Source of the DNA: Mobula hypostoma | Taxonomy: Eukaryota | NCBI RefSeq assembly: GCF_963921235.1 | Contig: NC_086106.1 | Coordinates: 17,174,001 to 17,238,000 of the forward strand | DNA length: 64,000 nt | Direction: 5' to 3' | Shown here: in pieces, positions 46,936 through 59,561 of the stretch | Numbering within the stretch: the first letter of the stretch is position 1 | Layout: each line of letters starts with the position of its first letter | Notes under the pieces: generated by a model | Told to the model about the DNA's origin: nothing | Database searches by the model: none | The model's input: the letters and a program-made list of their open reading frames with translations, nothing else | Position numbers and translations under genes: made by a program

Positions 46936-47453
46936 ACTATTTAATATACACATATAATTTCCGTAATTCATTTGTTTCTATATCACAGTATCATGTATTG
47001 CATTGTACAGCTGCCGTAAAGTTATCACGTCTCACGACACATGTTGGTGATATTAAACCTGATTCTCATTGGCTACAGCTGTGCCACCTGTGCTCCCTCA
47101 CCAAACCCCGAGACCCCGGACTCAACACCTCCCTCAGCTACCGGACACTTGACCAACAGACCAGGATGAAGGGTTAGGTAGGCCGCCCGCTGCAACCGTC
47201 CTGAGCACGGGTGCTCCACGAGGCTGCGTCCCTCGGCTGTCTGCTCTTTGAGCACTCAAGACCGCGTGGCCAGATTCTTCTGTAAATTTGCGGGTGATGC
47301 CTCCATAGCGGGCCGCACCTCAAATAATTAAACTGTCCTCAGGGTCTGCAGAGCGGAAGAGTTGGACATTAATGTCATGAAGCAGGGGTCGGGGGGGGGG
47401 TGGAGGCTGGGGTTCACATTCAAGGTCAAGTTAATTGACATTCAACCAGACAC

Positions 47454-47844
47454 TGTTGCAAGGGCGTGGCGGTGGTACGAACCCAAGTGCCAAACACAGG
47501 CGCGGAGGCCGAGTCGGGAGGCGTTATGGTCGTAGCGAGCGTGGAATTGGTGTCCAGAGAGAGTCTTTAGCCGAAGTCTTGGCTTTAGTAGAGAATTCAG
47601 GAACGATGGTAGACTTAGAACTGATGTCCTAAGAACCACGGACCAAGGCTACTCATACAAGAGTCGACCAACGAACTGGCAACTCCGTGTTGTGGTCACA
47701 GGGTCTTTATCCTGCAGTTTCTGATGGAAAGCAGGTGTGTGCAGTTACTGGAACCTGGGAGTGATTGGAAATTAAACGAGGGGATTGAGGCCCAGTTCCT
47801 GAGGTAAATGGCATGGTGGGGGATTGCCAGAAGGGACCATGACA
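47454..47844 (-). mobile_element. Solo LTR, 391 bp, 5-bp TSD GACAC
   Basis: TG...CA termini with GACAC on both flanks. Confidence 0.8.
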
Positions 47845-48043
47845 GACACACATGTACCGTCAAATGAGATAGTGCACAACACGGTATACATTATTACATA
47901 CAACACTTTAAATGATGTTGACACAATAATATTGACAGATAATTAAAAACTGTAGATATTCAAGTTGACATAAACTGCATATAGGACATACAGTTCAATA
48001 AATAAGTGTAACCGTACTGGCGCGATCACAAATGTGCACCTGC

Positions 48044-49150
48044 TGTCATGGTCCCTTCTGGCAATCCCCCGCCTTGCTAGTGTAAGGGGTTTCTTCTTTC
48101 ATGTTGCTGCTAAGACGAATGAAAATGTCTTCTTTGCTATCTTAGAATAAAATGGCTTCTTTGTTATGTTAACTGCTGAGAAAGTGTTTCTCTCTCGCGG
48201 CTTCTTTGGGTTATAATTACCGATAAGAGGATTGTACTCATTTACTAACCAATATAGACGTTATTCTTTCTTGTGTGTCTGTAAGCTATTGTTTCGCGGG
48301 CTTTGGGGCAGAAGGCGCGATGGGGACGGAGAGAGGAGACGCGATGCTGTAAGCTGGGTGGCGGGACGGACCCCGAGCGGGAGTCCGAGGCCCAGGGTCT
48401 TCGGCGAGGAGAGGAGACGAAGATAGACTCGTGTGGAGCGTCCGGCTGACCACCGTGGTTGGACCCAGGCGACGGGTCGAGGGGGTCGGAGGGAATCGAA
48501 TGGCGGAAAGAAGACTCCGTTAATCGAGCTCCAACTGTTGTGCATGAAGTGGTTGAACTTTGATAAGTTTGGCGCCTTTTACTTTCCTTTTATATTTTAT
48601 CTCTATTAATTACACAGTTCCAGTAGTATCTATAAAGTGTAATCATTTAATCGCATATGGTGTATTGTCTGTTATTTGGCGGGATGCGGTACATCACACA
48701 GCATCCACACAAACTTGATGACCCAGTTTGGCGGGGCCGAAGGCTGCTCCCCCTGGACGAAAGCGAGCTGAGCGAGCCTGAAACTTACCAGGAGGCTACA
48801 CTAGTTACCTCAGGAATTGGGCCTCAATCCCCTCATTTATTTTCCAATCATTCCCAGGTTCCACTAACTACACACACCTGCTTCCCATCAGAAAATGCAG
48901 GATAAAGACCCTGTGATCACAACAAGGAGCTGCCAGTTCGTTGGTCGACTCTGGTGTGAGTAACCTCGTTTCATAGTTCTTAGGACGGTCAGTTCTAAGT
49001 CTAGCATCGTTCCTGGATTCTCTCCAAACTCAAGACTCCGAGTAAAGACAATCCTGGCTACCGATTCCACGCTCGCTACGGCAATAACGCCTCCCGACTC
49101 AGCCCACCGCGCCCGTGTCCTGCACTTGAGTTCGTCCACCGCCACGCCAT
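48044..49150 (+). mobile_element. Second, inverted copy of the same LTR, split by a nested insertion
   Basis: 48044-48080 plus 48801-49150 is the reverse complement of 47454-47844. Confidence 0.78.
48081..48800 (+). mobile_element. Solo LTR, 720 bp, 4-bp TSD CTAG, nested
   Basis: TGTAAGG...GGCTACA with CTAG at 48077-48080 and 48801-48804. Confidence 0.85.
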
Positions 49151-49774
49151 GCGGAGGATTGAGAACTCAAATTCCGAGGAGTAAGCATCGCTACAGGCAT
49201 ATGCCGGGCCAAATCACCTACCCACCGCGGCCGAGAGAGCTCACCGACACCCTGTGCCTCCTTAGGGGTCTAAAGATATGTGTCATGCCCCGATCGGCCC
49301 CGGGAATTCATACCGATGCGTCGCGGCTTTGCATGGCTGCCAGAAACTGCGGCGAGTTGTGGGTTACAGAGGCCAGCTTTCTCTCCACGGACTCCGTCTA
49401 CACTTCTCGCTGCTCAGTAAAGCAGCCTGCATAATCAAAGATTCCTCCCACTCCCTTCTCCAACCCCCGTACCCACCCACCCTCCTATCAGCCAGAAGTT
49501 ACAAAAGTCTGAATCGCACACCAACAGTCCGAAGACAGCGTTTATCTGGAGTTACATGACTATTAAACGGTCCCCGAGTACAATAGGTTGTTCGTTTGTC
49601 CTCACAGGCTTCCTTGTTATCATCCTGCACCTCACTTTCCGAATGAACACTCCACGGTTGTCACCGACTTTATGTAAAAAAAACACAGTCGTCGATGGGT
49701 GTGTCGCCACAAAATCACTCAGAGCCGCCCGCCAACCAGAAACCCCGCGTGAACTAGGACACCCGCAATCTACT

Positions 49775-50105
49775 TTTATACTTTATTGTCGCCAAACAAT
49801 TGATACTAGAACGTACAATCATCACAGCGATATTTGATTCTGCGCTTCCCGCTCCCTGGAGTACAAATCGATAGTAAATGTTAAAAGATTAAATTATAAA
49901 TCATAAATAGAAAATAGAGAAAGGGAAGTAAGGTAGTGCAAAAAAAAACCGAGAGGCAGGTCCGGATATTTGGAGGGTACGGCCCAGATCCGGGTCAGGA
50001 TCCGTTCAGCAGTCTTATCACAGTTGGAAAGAAGCTGTTCCCAAATCTGGCCGTACGAGTCTTCAAGCTCCTGAGCCTTCTCCCGGAGGGAAGAGGGACG
50101 AAAAG
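49775..50105 (-). mobile_element. Short Rex1-like 3' end with TCTACT TSD
   Basis: TCTACT at 49769 and 50106; GAAGCTGTTC...CTCCTG family motif. Confidence 0.55.
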
Positions 50106-51119
50106 TCTACTGAGGGAGAACCGGATCAGAGGCGATCAGGTCTGGCGGCCAAGAAAATTACAAGAGGTCTCGGCACCATCTCCAGAAAGCCGTCTCAGGG
50201 GCGAAGTGGCAATCCCGGTCTAAACCCGGATCAAAGAAGAATGCTCGACAGTTGTAGCAGGACCCTAATGCTCTCACTTCTTATAAAGGAAAATCAAGCG
50301 ACAACAGGGGTTCATTTCCAGGTGAGCTCGATGCCTTCTGTGTTGGCTTTGACCGTGAAAACAACACGGACTCCCACAGCCCCCGATGATGCTGCGATTC
50401 CGGTCCCGGAGGCCGATGTGACAGCGGCCTCCGGGAAGGTGAACCCAAGGAGAGCGTCCGGCGCAGATGGGGAACCTGGCCAAGTACTGAAGACCTGTAC
50501 TGATCGGCTGGCTGGAGTGTTCACCGAGATCTTTAACGTCCCGCTTCGGCAGACCTGAAGCAGCCAGCTGCTTCAATTATACCGGTGCCTAATATCTATC
50601 ACCCAGTACACCTTACGTCCGCAGTGATGAAATGTTTTGAGAGAAGTTGGTGATGAAACACATCAGCTCCCGTCTGGGAAGTGACTTGGGTCGGCTCCAT
50701 TTTGCCAAACGGCACAACAGGTCCACAGCAGACGCCATTCTCATTGGTTCTTCAATAAAACAAAGTTCAACGTAAAATTTATTAACCATATAACAATTAC
50801 AGCACGGATACAGGCCATCTCGGCCCTTCTAGTCTGTGCCGAACTCTTACTCTCACCCAGTCCCACCGACCTGCATTCAGCCCGTAACCTTCCATTCCTT
50901 TCCTGTCCATATATCTGTCCAATTTTTTTAAAATGACAACATCGAACCTGCCTCAACCACTTCTGCTGGAAGCTCGTTCCACACAGCTACCACTCTCTGA
51001 GTAAAGAAGTTCCCCCTCGTGTTACGCCTAAACTTTTGCCCCTTAACTCTCAACTCATGTCCTCTCGTTTGAATCTCCCTTACTCTCAATGGAAAAAAAA
51101 CTTATCCACGTCAACTCCC

Positions 51120-53225
51120 AGTGAATTATTCTCAGTGAAACGCACGGCAAAAATATGGCAAATGTTCAGGGAGTATTTGCATGGAGTTCTGCATAGGTAT
51201 GTTTCATTGCGGCAGGGAAAGGATGGTAGGGTAAAAAAAAACATGGTGGACAAAGGATGTAGAAAATCTAATTAAGAAGAATAGAAAAGCTTACGAAAGG
51301 TTCAAGAAACCAGGCACTGTTAGAGCCCTAGAAAAGCTAGGATGGAGCTCAAGAATGAAATTAGGAGAGCTAGAAGGGGCCATGAGAAGGCCTTGACGAG
51401 CAGGACAAAGGAAAACCGCAAGGCATTCTACAAGTATGTAAAGAGCAAGAGGATGAGCTGTGTGAGAATAGGACCACTCAGGTGCGATAGTGGAAACGTG
51501 TGCGTGGAGGTGGAGAAGGCAGCGGAGGGACTTTGCTTCGGTATTCACCAGTGGAAAGGACCTTGGCAATTGTAGGGATGACTTACAAATGGACTGAAAC
51601 GCTTGAGTATAGACAGTAAGAAAGAGGTTGTGCTGGAGCTTTTGAAAGGTATTACGTTAGATAAGTCACCGGGACCAGACGAGACATACTCCAGGCTTCT
51701 CTGGGAAGTAAGGGAGGAGATTGCCGAGCCTCTTGCGATAATCTTTGCATCATATATAGGGACGGGAGAAGTACCGGAGGATCGGAGGGTTGAAAACGTT
51801 GTTCCCTTGTTCAAGAAAGGGAGTAGAGATAACCCAGGAAATTCTAGACCAGTGAGTTTGACTTCAGCGGTGGGCAAGTTGTTGGAGAAGATCCTGAGAG
51901 GCTGGATTTATGAGCATTTGGAGAGATATAACCTGATTAGGGAGAGTCAGCATGGCTTTGTCAATGGAAAGTCGTGTCTTACGAGCCTGAATGAATTCTT
52001 TGAGGATGTAACAAAACAAATTGATGAAGGTAGAGCAGTGGTTGTAGTGTATATGGATTTCAGCAAAGCATTTGATAAGGTTCCCCATGCACGGCTCCTT
52101 CAGAAAGTAAGGAGGCAGGGGAATCCAAGGAGACCTTGCTTTGTGAATCCGGAACTGGATTGTACACAGAAGGCAAAGAGTGGTTGTAGACGGGTCATAT
52201 TCTGCATGGAGGCCGGTGACCAGTGGTGTTACTCAGGGATCTATTCTGGGACCCCTACTCTTTGTGATTTTTATAAATGACCTGGTAGAAGAAGTAAAGA
52301 GGTGGGTTAGTAAGTTTGCTGATGACACCAAAGTTGGGGGTGTTGTGGATAGTCTGGAGGGCTGTCAGAGGTTACAGCGGGACATCAATAGGATGCAGAA
52401 CTGGGCTGGGAAGTGGCAGATGGAGTTCAACCCAGATAAGCGTGAAGTGAATCACTTTGGTAGGTCAAATTTGAACACAGAATATAATATTAATGGTAAG
52501 ACTCTTGGTAGTGTGGAGGATCAGAGGGATCTTGGGGTCTATGTCCATAGGACACTCAAAGCTGCTACACTGTTTGACAGTGTTGTTAAGAAGGCACATG
52601 GTGTGTTAGCCTTCATCAACCGTGGGATTGAGTTCAAAAGCTGAGAGGTAATGTTACAGCTATATAAGACCTTGGTCAGACCCCACTTGGAGTGCTGTGT
52701 TCAGTTCTGGTCACCTTACTACAGGAAGGATGTGGAAACTATAGAGAGAATGCAGAGGAGATTTACAAGGATATTGCCTGGATTGGAGGGCGTACCTTAT
52801 GAGAATAGGTAGAGTGAACTTGGCCTTTTCTCCTTGGAGCAACAGAGGATGAGAGGTGACCTGATAGAGGTGTATAAGATGATGAGAAGCATTGATCATG
52901 TGGATAGTCAGAGGCTTTTTCCCAGAGTCGAAGTGTCTACCGTGAGAGGACATAATGATAAGGCACTTGGAAGCAAGGACAGAGTTAAGTGTCAGAGTTA
53001 AGTTTTTCACACAGAGAGTGGTGGGTGCATGGAATACACTGCCGGTGATGGTGGTGGAAGTGGATACAATAGGGTCTTTTAAGCGCCTCTTAGATAGGTA
53101 CACGGAGCTTAGGACAATAGAGGGATATGCGGTAGGGAAATTTTAGGCACTTTCTAGAGTAGGTTACAATGTCGGCACAACATTGTGGGCCGAAGGGCCT
53201 GTAATGTGCTGTAAATTTCTATGTC
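51120..53225 (+). mobile_element. CR1 LINE, about 2.1-kb 5'-truncated copy, RT frameshifted
   Basis: KSPGPD...VPLFKKG...RPVSLTS; YMDFSKAFDKV; QGSILGP; KFADD. Confidence 0.95.
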
Positions 53226-53236
53226 CTATTATCAAG

Positions 53237-53790
53237 CTCTGTCTGAGGCCTCCATTGGTCAGAGCTGACCATGGTCGTTGTGACCCAGCGGTCTAAATAC
53301 GCAAGCCAGGGCTGTACAATATGGAGAGCAAGCTTCCCCTCTCCACACATCTGATGAACCCAACGGAACGGCAGAGACCGATACAGTTTGGTACCAGCGA
53401 CATCGCAGGAGTTGTCAGTCAGCATTGAACTCAACGTGGGACTGCCTCAGGGACTGCAGCTCCGGATTTTTCCCTCGGGGTTCACTCCCGAAGCCTTCCC
53501 CATGAGTGGGTATAACCGCAAGGCAGCGGAGGTTTGAGACCAGAGTTTTCCTTCTCCTAGATGAGCTGCCAACCACGGCTGACGAGCCCCATCTGACCGA
53601 AGCGACTGGTTTTAAGGCGTCAGTAACCCGCCTTCGCCCCTTCTCCTGTTAGTAGAAACCGTTCCGCGGGGCTTAGTGGCTAAGCCACGCGTGAAGGCCG
53701 GGAGCTGGACTTGGTTGTCAGAGGCTATTTGAGATGCATGGCATTGGGAGCATTTAATAGGTAGTGGGAGCTCGTCCTCATCACAACCCT
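53237..53790 (-). mobile_element. Non-autonomous RTE-like element
   Basis: Non-coding, shares motifs with 46331-46935. Confidence 0.55.
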
Positions 53791-53819
53791 ATCAGACTAC
53801 ACACATCTCAAACCTGGAA

Positions 53820-55020
53820 CATCTGGGCAGGATGTTCTCTATCAACTGCAGCTTGGCATTCAATACTATTATCTCTTCAAATCTCACCAATAAGCTTCAG
53901 GATCTGGGCCTCAATAGCTCCTTGTGCAATTGGATCCTCGATTTTCTCACTTGCAGACCCCAGTCAGTTCGGATTGGCAAAAACATCTCCTCCACGATCT
54001 CCATCAGCACAGGTCCACCACCGGGCTGTGGGCTTAGCCACCTGCTCGACTCACTTTGCACTTCGGGCTGTGAGGCCAAGCACAGCTCCAATGACATATT
54101 TAAGTTTGCTGACGACCCCGCTGTCATTGGCCGAATCAAAGGGGGCGATGAATCAGCATACAGGAGGGAGATTGGAAATCTGGCCGAGTGGTGCTACAAC
54201 AACTACCTCTCACTCAAGGTCAGCAAGACCAAGGAGCTGATTACTGACTTCGGGAGGAGGAAACCGGAGCTCCAGGACCCAGTCCTCACTGGGGGATCAG
54301 AGTTGGAGGGGTCGGCAACTTTAAACTCCTTGGTGTTAACATTTCAAACGACATGTCCTGGGCCGAGCATGTAAGTCCAACCACGTAGAAAGCACAGCAA
54401 CGCCTCTAGTTAGGAGTTTGCGAGGACTCGGTACGACATCTATAACTTTTACTAACATATATAGATGTGTGGTGGAGAGTACAGTGTATTGACTGGCTGT
54501 ATCACGGCCTGGTATGGCAACACCAATGCCCTTGAACGGAAAATCCTACAAAAAAACTGTAGTGGATACGGGTAAAGCCCTCACCACCATTCATCACATC
54601 GATATGAAACGCTGTCCTTCATCAGGGACCCCCACCACCCAGCTCATGCTCGCTTCTCACTGCTGCCACCAGGAAGAAGGTACAGCATTCTCAGGACTCT
54701 CACCACCAGGTTCAGGAACAGTAACTATCCCTCAACCATCAGGTTCTTCAACAGAAGGCGGTAACTTCACTTGCCCCATCGTTGAAATGTTCCCGAAACC
54801 TGTGCGCTCACTATCTCATGTTCTCCACATGCTTTGCTTATTTGTTGCGGTTATCTTTCTCTTTGTATTTGAACAGTTTGTTGTGTTTTACACTCTGGTT
54901 GTTCGCCCTGTGGCGCGGTCTTTCATTGACTCGATTATAGTATGCCCGCAAAAAAAGAGAATGTCAGGATTGTACTTTGATAACGAAGTTATTTGCACTT
55001 TATTCTGCACTCTGTAATTG
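53820..55020 (+). mobile_element. Decayed Rex1/Babar LINE RT and 3' end
   Basis: AFNTII...[15 protein letters not shown]; KFADD; KTKELI.DF. Confidence 0.85.
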
Positions 55021-55409
55021 TCTACCCGTATTACCTCAACGGACTGTGCAATTGTTCGATCTGTTTGAACTGTAATGCTTCCACTAAACCAAGTAAACCA
55101 ATCCCAATTCTCTCCTAAAACTACCCAACTCAAACGCCCAAAAGGACCCCCGCTCTGAACTCTGACTCTTGAAAACACAGACCATGCCCAAAAATGCGAA
55201 CAGTCACCCTGCAAACATGCAACTCCCTCCCTACAGAATAGAGGAGGCTATGAAATACGTTCCTCCCAAACTATAGGCTCCACCCAGAGAAAATACAGCC
55301 TTTTTCTGCAAAAACAATTAGCTACCTCACCCAATACAGCCCCCAACAACATGCATACTTCGAATCATTTCCTTAAGCCATCCTGAAAATGCCTCGCACG
55401 TCCTCCGGC

Positions 55410-56400
55410 CCCTACACCCCTCCCCGATCGTGACCTCCTCCCAGTTTCTGTATCTTCCTCCAATCTACATCTCTCCCTGTCTCTGTGAACTGCCACCCCC
55501 CACCTTTACCAATATCTGTAATCCGTCCGGCCCCTCCCCATTTCTGTGACCACGTCCTCCCCCATTTCCAGCATTCCAGTGACACCCCTTCCCATACTCC
55601 TTGCGTCTGTGACTCTCTCTGGCCCGTACACCCCTGCCTGTCTCTGTGACCTCCTCCGGCCACTACACCCCTCCCCATCTGTGCCCCTCCTTGTCTCTTA
55701 TCTCCTTCACCCTCAAACCCTCCCCATCTCTGTGAGCCCTCCACTCCTACATCCCTCCCTCTTTGTAATCCCCTCCAGCCCTTACACCGCTCACAATCTG
55801 CGTAATCTTTTGGTTCCTACACACCTCCCTCACCGTCTCTGTGATCCCCTCCGGCCCCAACACTGCTGTTCGCCTGATAGCTCCTCTGGCCCCTCCATTC
55901 CTTCCTGTCTCTGCAACTTCCTCCACCCCACACCACTCCCTGTCTTTGTGACCCCCCCTACATCCCTCCGTCTCTGTGAGCCCAATCTCTACAGCCGTCC
56001 ATGATTCTGTGACCTCCTCCACTCCCATTCATTGCCACCTTACCCCTGCACCTCTTACCATCTCTGACCCCTCCCTCCCCTTCTTTTCCACCTTCCAGTC
56101 CCAAGACCTCTCCCTTTTTCAATAAACCCTGCTGTCCTCCCCCGCCCACAAACTCTGCAACCCCTCTGATCTGTAACCGTCTCCACACCTCCTCCCCCCT
56201 TGTAAGACTGTCCGACCCCCACATCTGTTCCCACCTCTGATCACCTCCTGCCCCTACTGTGCTCCTTGTATGGGTGAACACCTCCCCTCCTTCACCCTGC
56301 CCCATTTCTAAGGCCTCTAGATCCGTGACCTACTACACCCCCCCCCCCATCCAGTGACCTCTTCCAACCCCTACAACCATTCCCCATCTCCATAAGCCCC
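55410..56400. repeat. Degenerate C-rich low-complexity repeat related to the 6950-11000 unit
   Basis: Recurring CCTACACCCCTCCCC / TCTCTGTGACC. Confidence 0.6.
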
Positions 56401-59400
56401 TCCGGCGCCCAGTTACAGCAAGACCCTCCTGAATGATTTCTCTCTACTTTCTGATATAAAGGTCACGGCCTCACTCACTACCCGGACAGTCTGCCGTTTT
56501 AGCCGCGGGCCTAAATGTCGGCAAGTGAACAGTATCTATCTCTGCATTGCCAGTCAGTGAGCACTTCCCCTTTCTCACCCGTCAGTATTTCTGTCTCACC
56601 CCCACCCCAGCCCCCGAGTACTGAACGAGGCCTGTTGTTCGGCTCATGGTTTCACTCACGAGTCAGAAGGCGTGCAAAGGTCACTTTGTTGGGTGCGCCA
56701 GTACAGCAGCTCGCTCATGCAAATACCGAATCGGCCAAGGTGCCGCAGATACCTCAGGTAGGAGCTAACCGGGTCACTACAAGCGGTCAGGTGGCCAGTG
56801 AGTGGAGTTGTAACTCCACGGTGATGTTTGGCATCAGACTGATAAGGAAGGACAAAGAAGGAAACAGCAAGACAGATCAGCACCACCACCCAAACTTAGC
56901 CAAACTACTTTACCACTTCCCGGCAGTCACCTTATGTACAGGTGCCGCTTTATGGACATACAATAAATCCACTTCACGTAGTTACATTCATTGTCTTTTA
57001 TTTATAACCGCTTTCTTTATCATATCGTGGCCTTTTCTGTGCCCGCAGGGGATCTGGAATAACAATGATCTCATTCTCTTTTGCACTCGTGTGCTGGAGA
57101 TGACACAAAACAACCTTGAATCTTAACGGCAGTGGAGCGAGAAAGGGAGGGAAGCCGGTTGCTGTGCGTAGGAATGGGGGACTCTTGAATTTACTAACGG
57201 GAGCTCGCTTGTAAGTCGGGGTGTCCCGAAGTTGGCAGTTCGTAACCCTGGGATGGTCTGTAAGGGTCTCTATCGGATAGTACGCTTTCTAACCTCAAAC
57301 TCGGGTACAAGTCACCTTCAGTGCTGGAAAGGGTGAGCAGCCCCAAGTTCCCATTTCAGAGGATCTGTCCCGGGCTCCTGTCACACACATTCTCGCCTGC
57401 TCCAACAGTGCTGAGGTCGAGAGGGCCAAGAACTTTCAGCTGCACGGGTATGATCATCACCAGCAGTTGTCCTGGACGAACCACACAGACGTCACGGGAA
57501 AGAAAGCCCGCCATCTTCCTCGGGAGGCCGAGCTGACCGATCTTTGCAGATGCAGCACAGAAAGCATCCTATCCGGTTGCGTCAGGGGTTTGGAACGGCA
57601 ACTGCTCTGCCCGAACCCACTAGAAACCGCAGGGCTGTGGACAGAGCTCAGCGCATAACGGGAACCAGCCTCCCCTCCATGGCCTTCCCTCTGCAATCCC
57701 CGCTTTCTTGGTGAAGCAGCCATAATCAAAGGCCGCCCCCACCCCGGACATTCTCTCTTCGCTCCTCTCCCATCGGGCAGAACAAACAACAGCCTGGAAG
57801 CTCGTTCCATCAGGCTCAAGCACGCCTCCCACCCTGCTGTTATAAGACGACTGAATAGTTCTCCAATTCAATAAGACAAGATTATTGACCTCACAACCCT
57901 CTCATTTGACCCTTGCACTTCATCGCCTGCCTGCACTGCACTCTCGTGTAATTGTAACACTTTATTCTGCAGTTATTGTTTTTCCTCGGGCTACCTCAAA
58001 GCACCGTTGTTATGAAATTATTTGTATGCAAGCTAAGTTTTTCACAGTATCTCAGTACCTGTGATGACAATAAACCCAATTTAAATGACTAATTTTTCCC
58101 GAATCTGTCTTATTCCTTCCTCTGACTTTTCAGAGTTGTATGTTCGGGGAGGGGAAGGCTTCGTCAGTGTTCATTGGATCAATAGGGCAGTTTTTGCACT
58201 GCATGGCCTTCTGGGTAAAACTTGCCACCATTGCCCAGCTCCCACCAAACCAATTTCTAGGTACACCCCGGCTTGGAGCAGGATTCCCAGCAGAACCACC
58301 CAGACCAGAAAGGGCATCGTCTCCGCACGTTTAGGAAACGCCACGCTCACTCTCTCAGAACAAGTCAGCGGTCATGTCATGGTTTCGATGAGTTTATTCA
58401 CAGGGAGGATCCAGGTTTCATTCAGAACCGTGGCCATCAGTTTACATCAGGAAGAAGCAGTTACAATGCTGGTCGACAGCCCTGCCTGTGTCCCTCTGAC
58501 AGCAGAGGCTTCGTACATCTCCTCCTGCTCAGCGACCCTCCACTGTCCCCCGACTCTTCTGGTGAAGTCACAGCACATCAAAGAAATACGATTCTTCCTG
58601 GAGAGACACGAGAGGCTGGTTTGTTCTCCCAGGAGAGGCAGAGGTTAGGAGGGGACACAATTAAGGTACATAAAACTGAGAGACATATAGACAGGGGAGA
58701 ATGCCAGAATGCTGAAAATGAATTCTTTATCTCCCAGTCTATTGCATTGCAGCCCTTGCACTTTCTCTGTAACTGCAATGCTATTTGTGAGTCTCACAGC
58801 ACAGAAACAGATACAGAGCAAGGGGGTAAAAGATTGAGGGGATCTGGGGTGGGGGTGGGGTTCTCCTTCACCCGGAGTGTTGGTGAGCAGCTGAACGCAC
58901 TGCCAGAGGGACTGACAGAAGCCAAGTCCATGAAAGCACTTAAGAAGCGTCTCGATGACACCCGAATCACCCAGGCACCCAGGGAAGGCTACAGGCCAGT
59001 CGGTTCTCCCGATGCAGCCTGCTCCACATTGGTGAGACCCGACGTAAATCGGGGGAGCGCGTCCGCCAGAAGCGTGACTCCTTCCCAGTGGCCAGCCGTT
59101 CCAATTCCGATTCCCGCTCGGACACGGCCGCGGCCACCTCTTGCGCCAAGGGGAGGCCGTCCTCAGGGTGGAGGAGCAACTTTATATCCCGTCTGGGTAG
59201 CCTCCAACCTGAGCATCGGTCTCTCCTGCTGGTAAACACATTCCACCCCCACCCTTCTGCAGGAGGGATGGAAACGAGGTAGGGGGGGGGACACCTCTAC
59301 CCTGTGAAAAGATCCTGACGATCTACGCTTCTCGTAATCTTATAAACCTCCATCAGGTCTCCGCTCAGCCTCCAGAGAAAACAACTCAAGCTTGTCCCAC

Positions 59401-59561
59401 CTCTCCCAGCAGCACATGCCCTGCAATCCAGACAGCATCCTTCCTGTGACAGGGCGCCCAGACCTTCAGGCAACCGAGACCAGAATCAGGTTGAGTATCA
59501 TTGTCTCCCATGGCACAGGATTTGTAATTTATTTGCAACACCGCTGGAGCCTCCCCTCGCC

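Noticed and set aside
55080-55400. A/C-skewed segment resembling mitochondrial DNA (NUMT)
   Set aside because: No recognisable mitochondrial protein or RNA in the frames I checked; left unexplained.
56802-56819. 18-bp palindrome GTGGAGTT-GT-AACTCCAC
   Set aside because: Isolated, no supporting context, compatible with chance in 64 kb.
58273-59235. 320-aa plus-strand ORF
   Set aside because: Patchwork including CR1 remnants (LFSQERQRLGGDTIKVHK); non-ATG start; no coherent domain.
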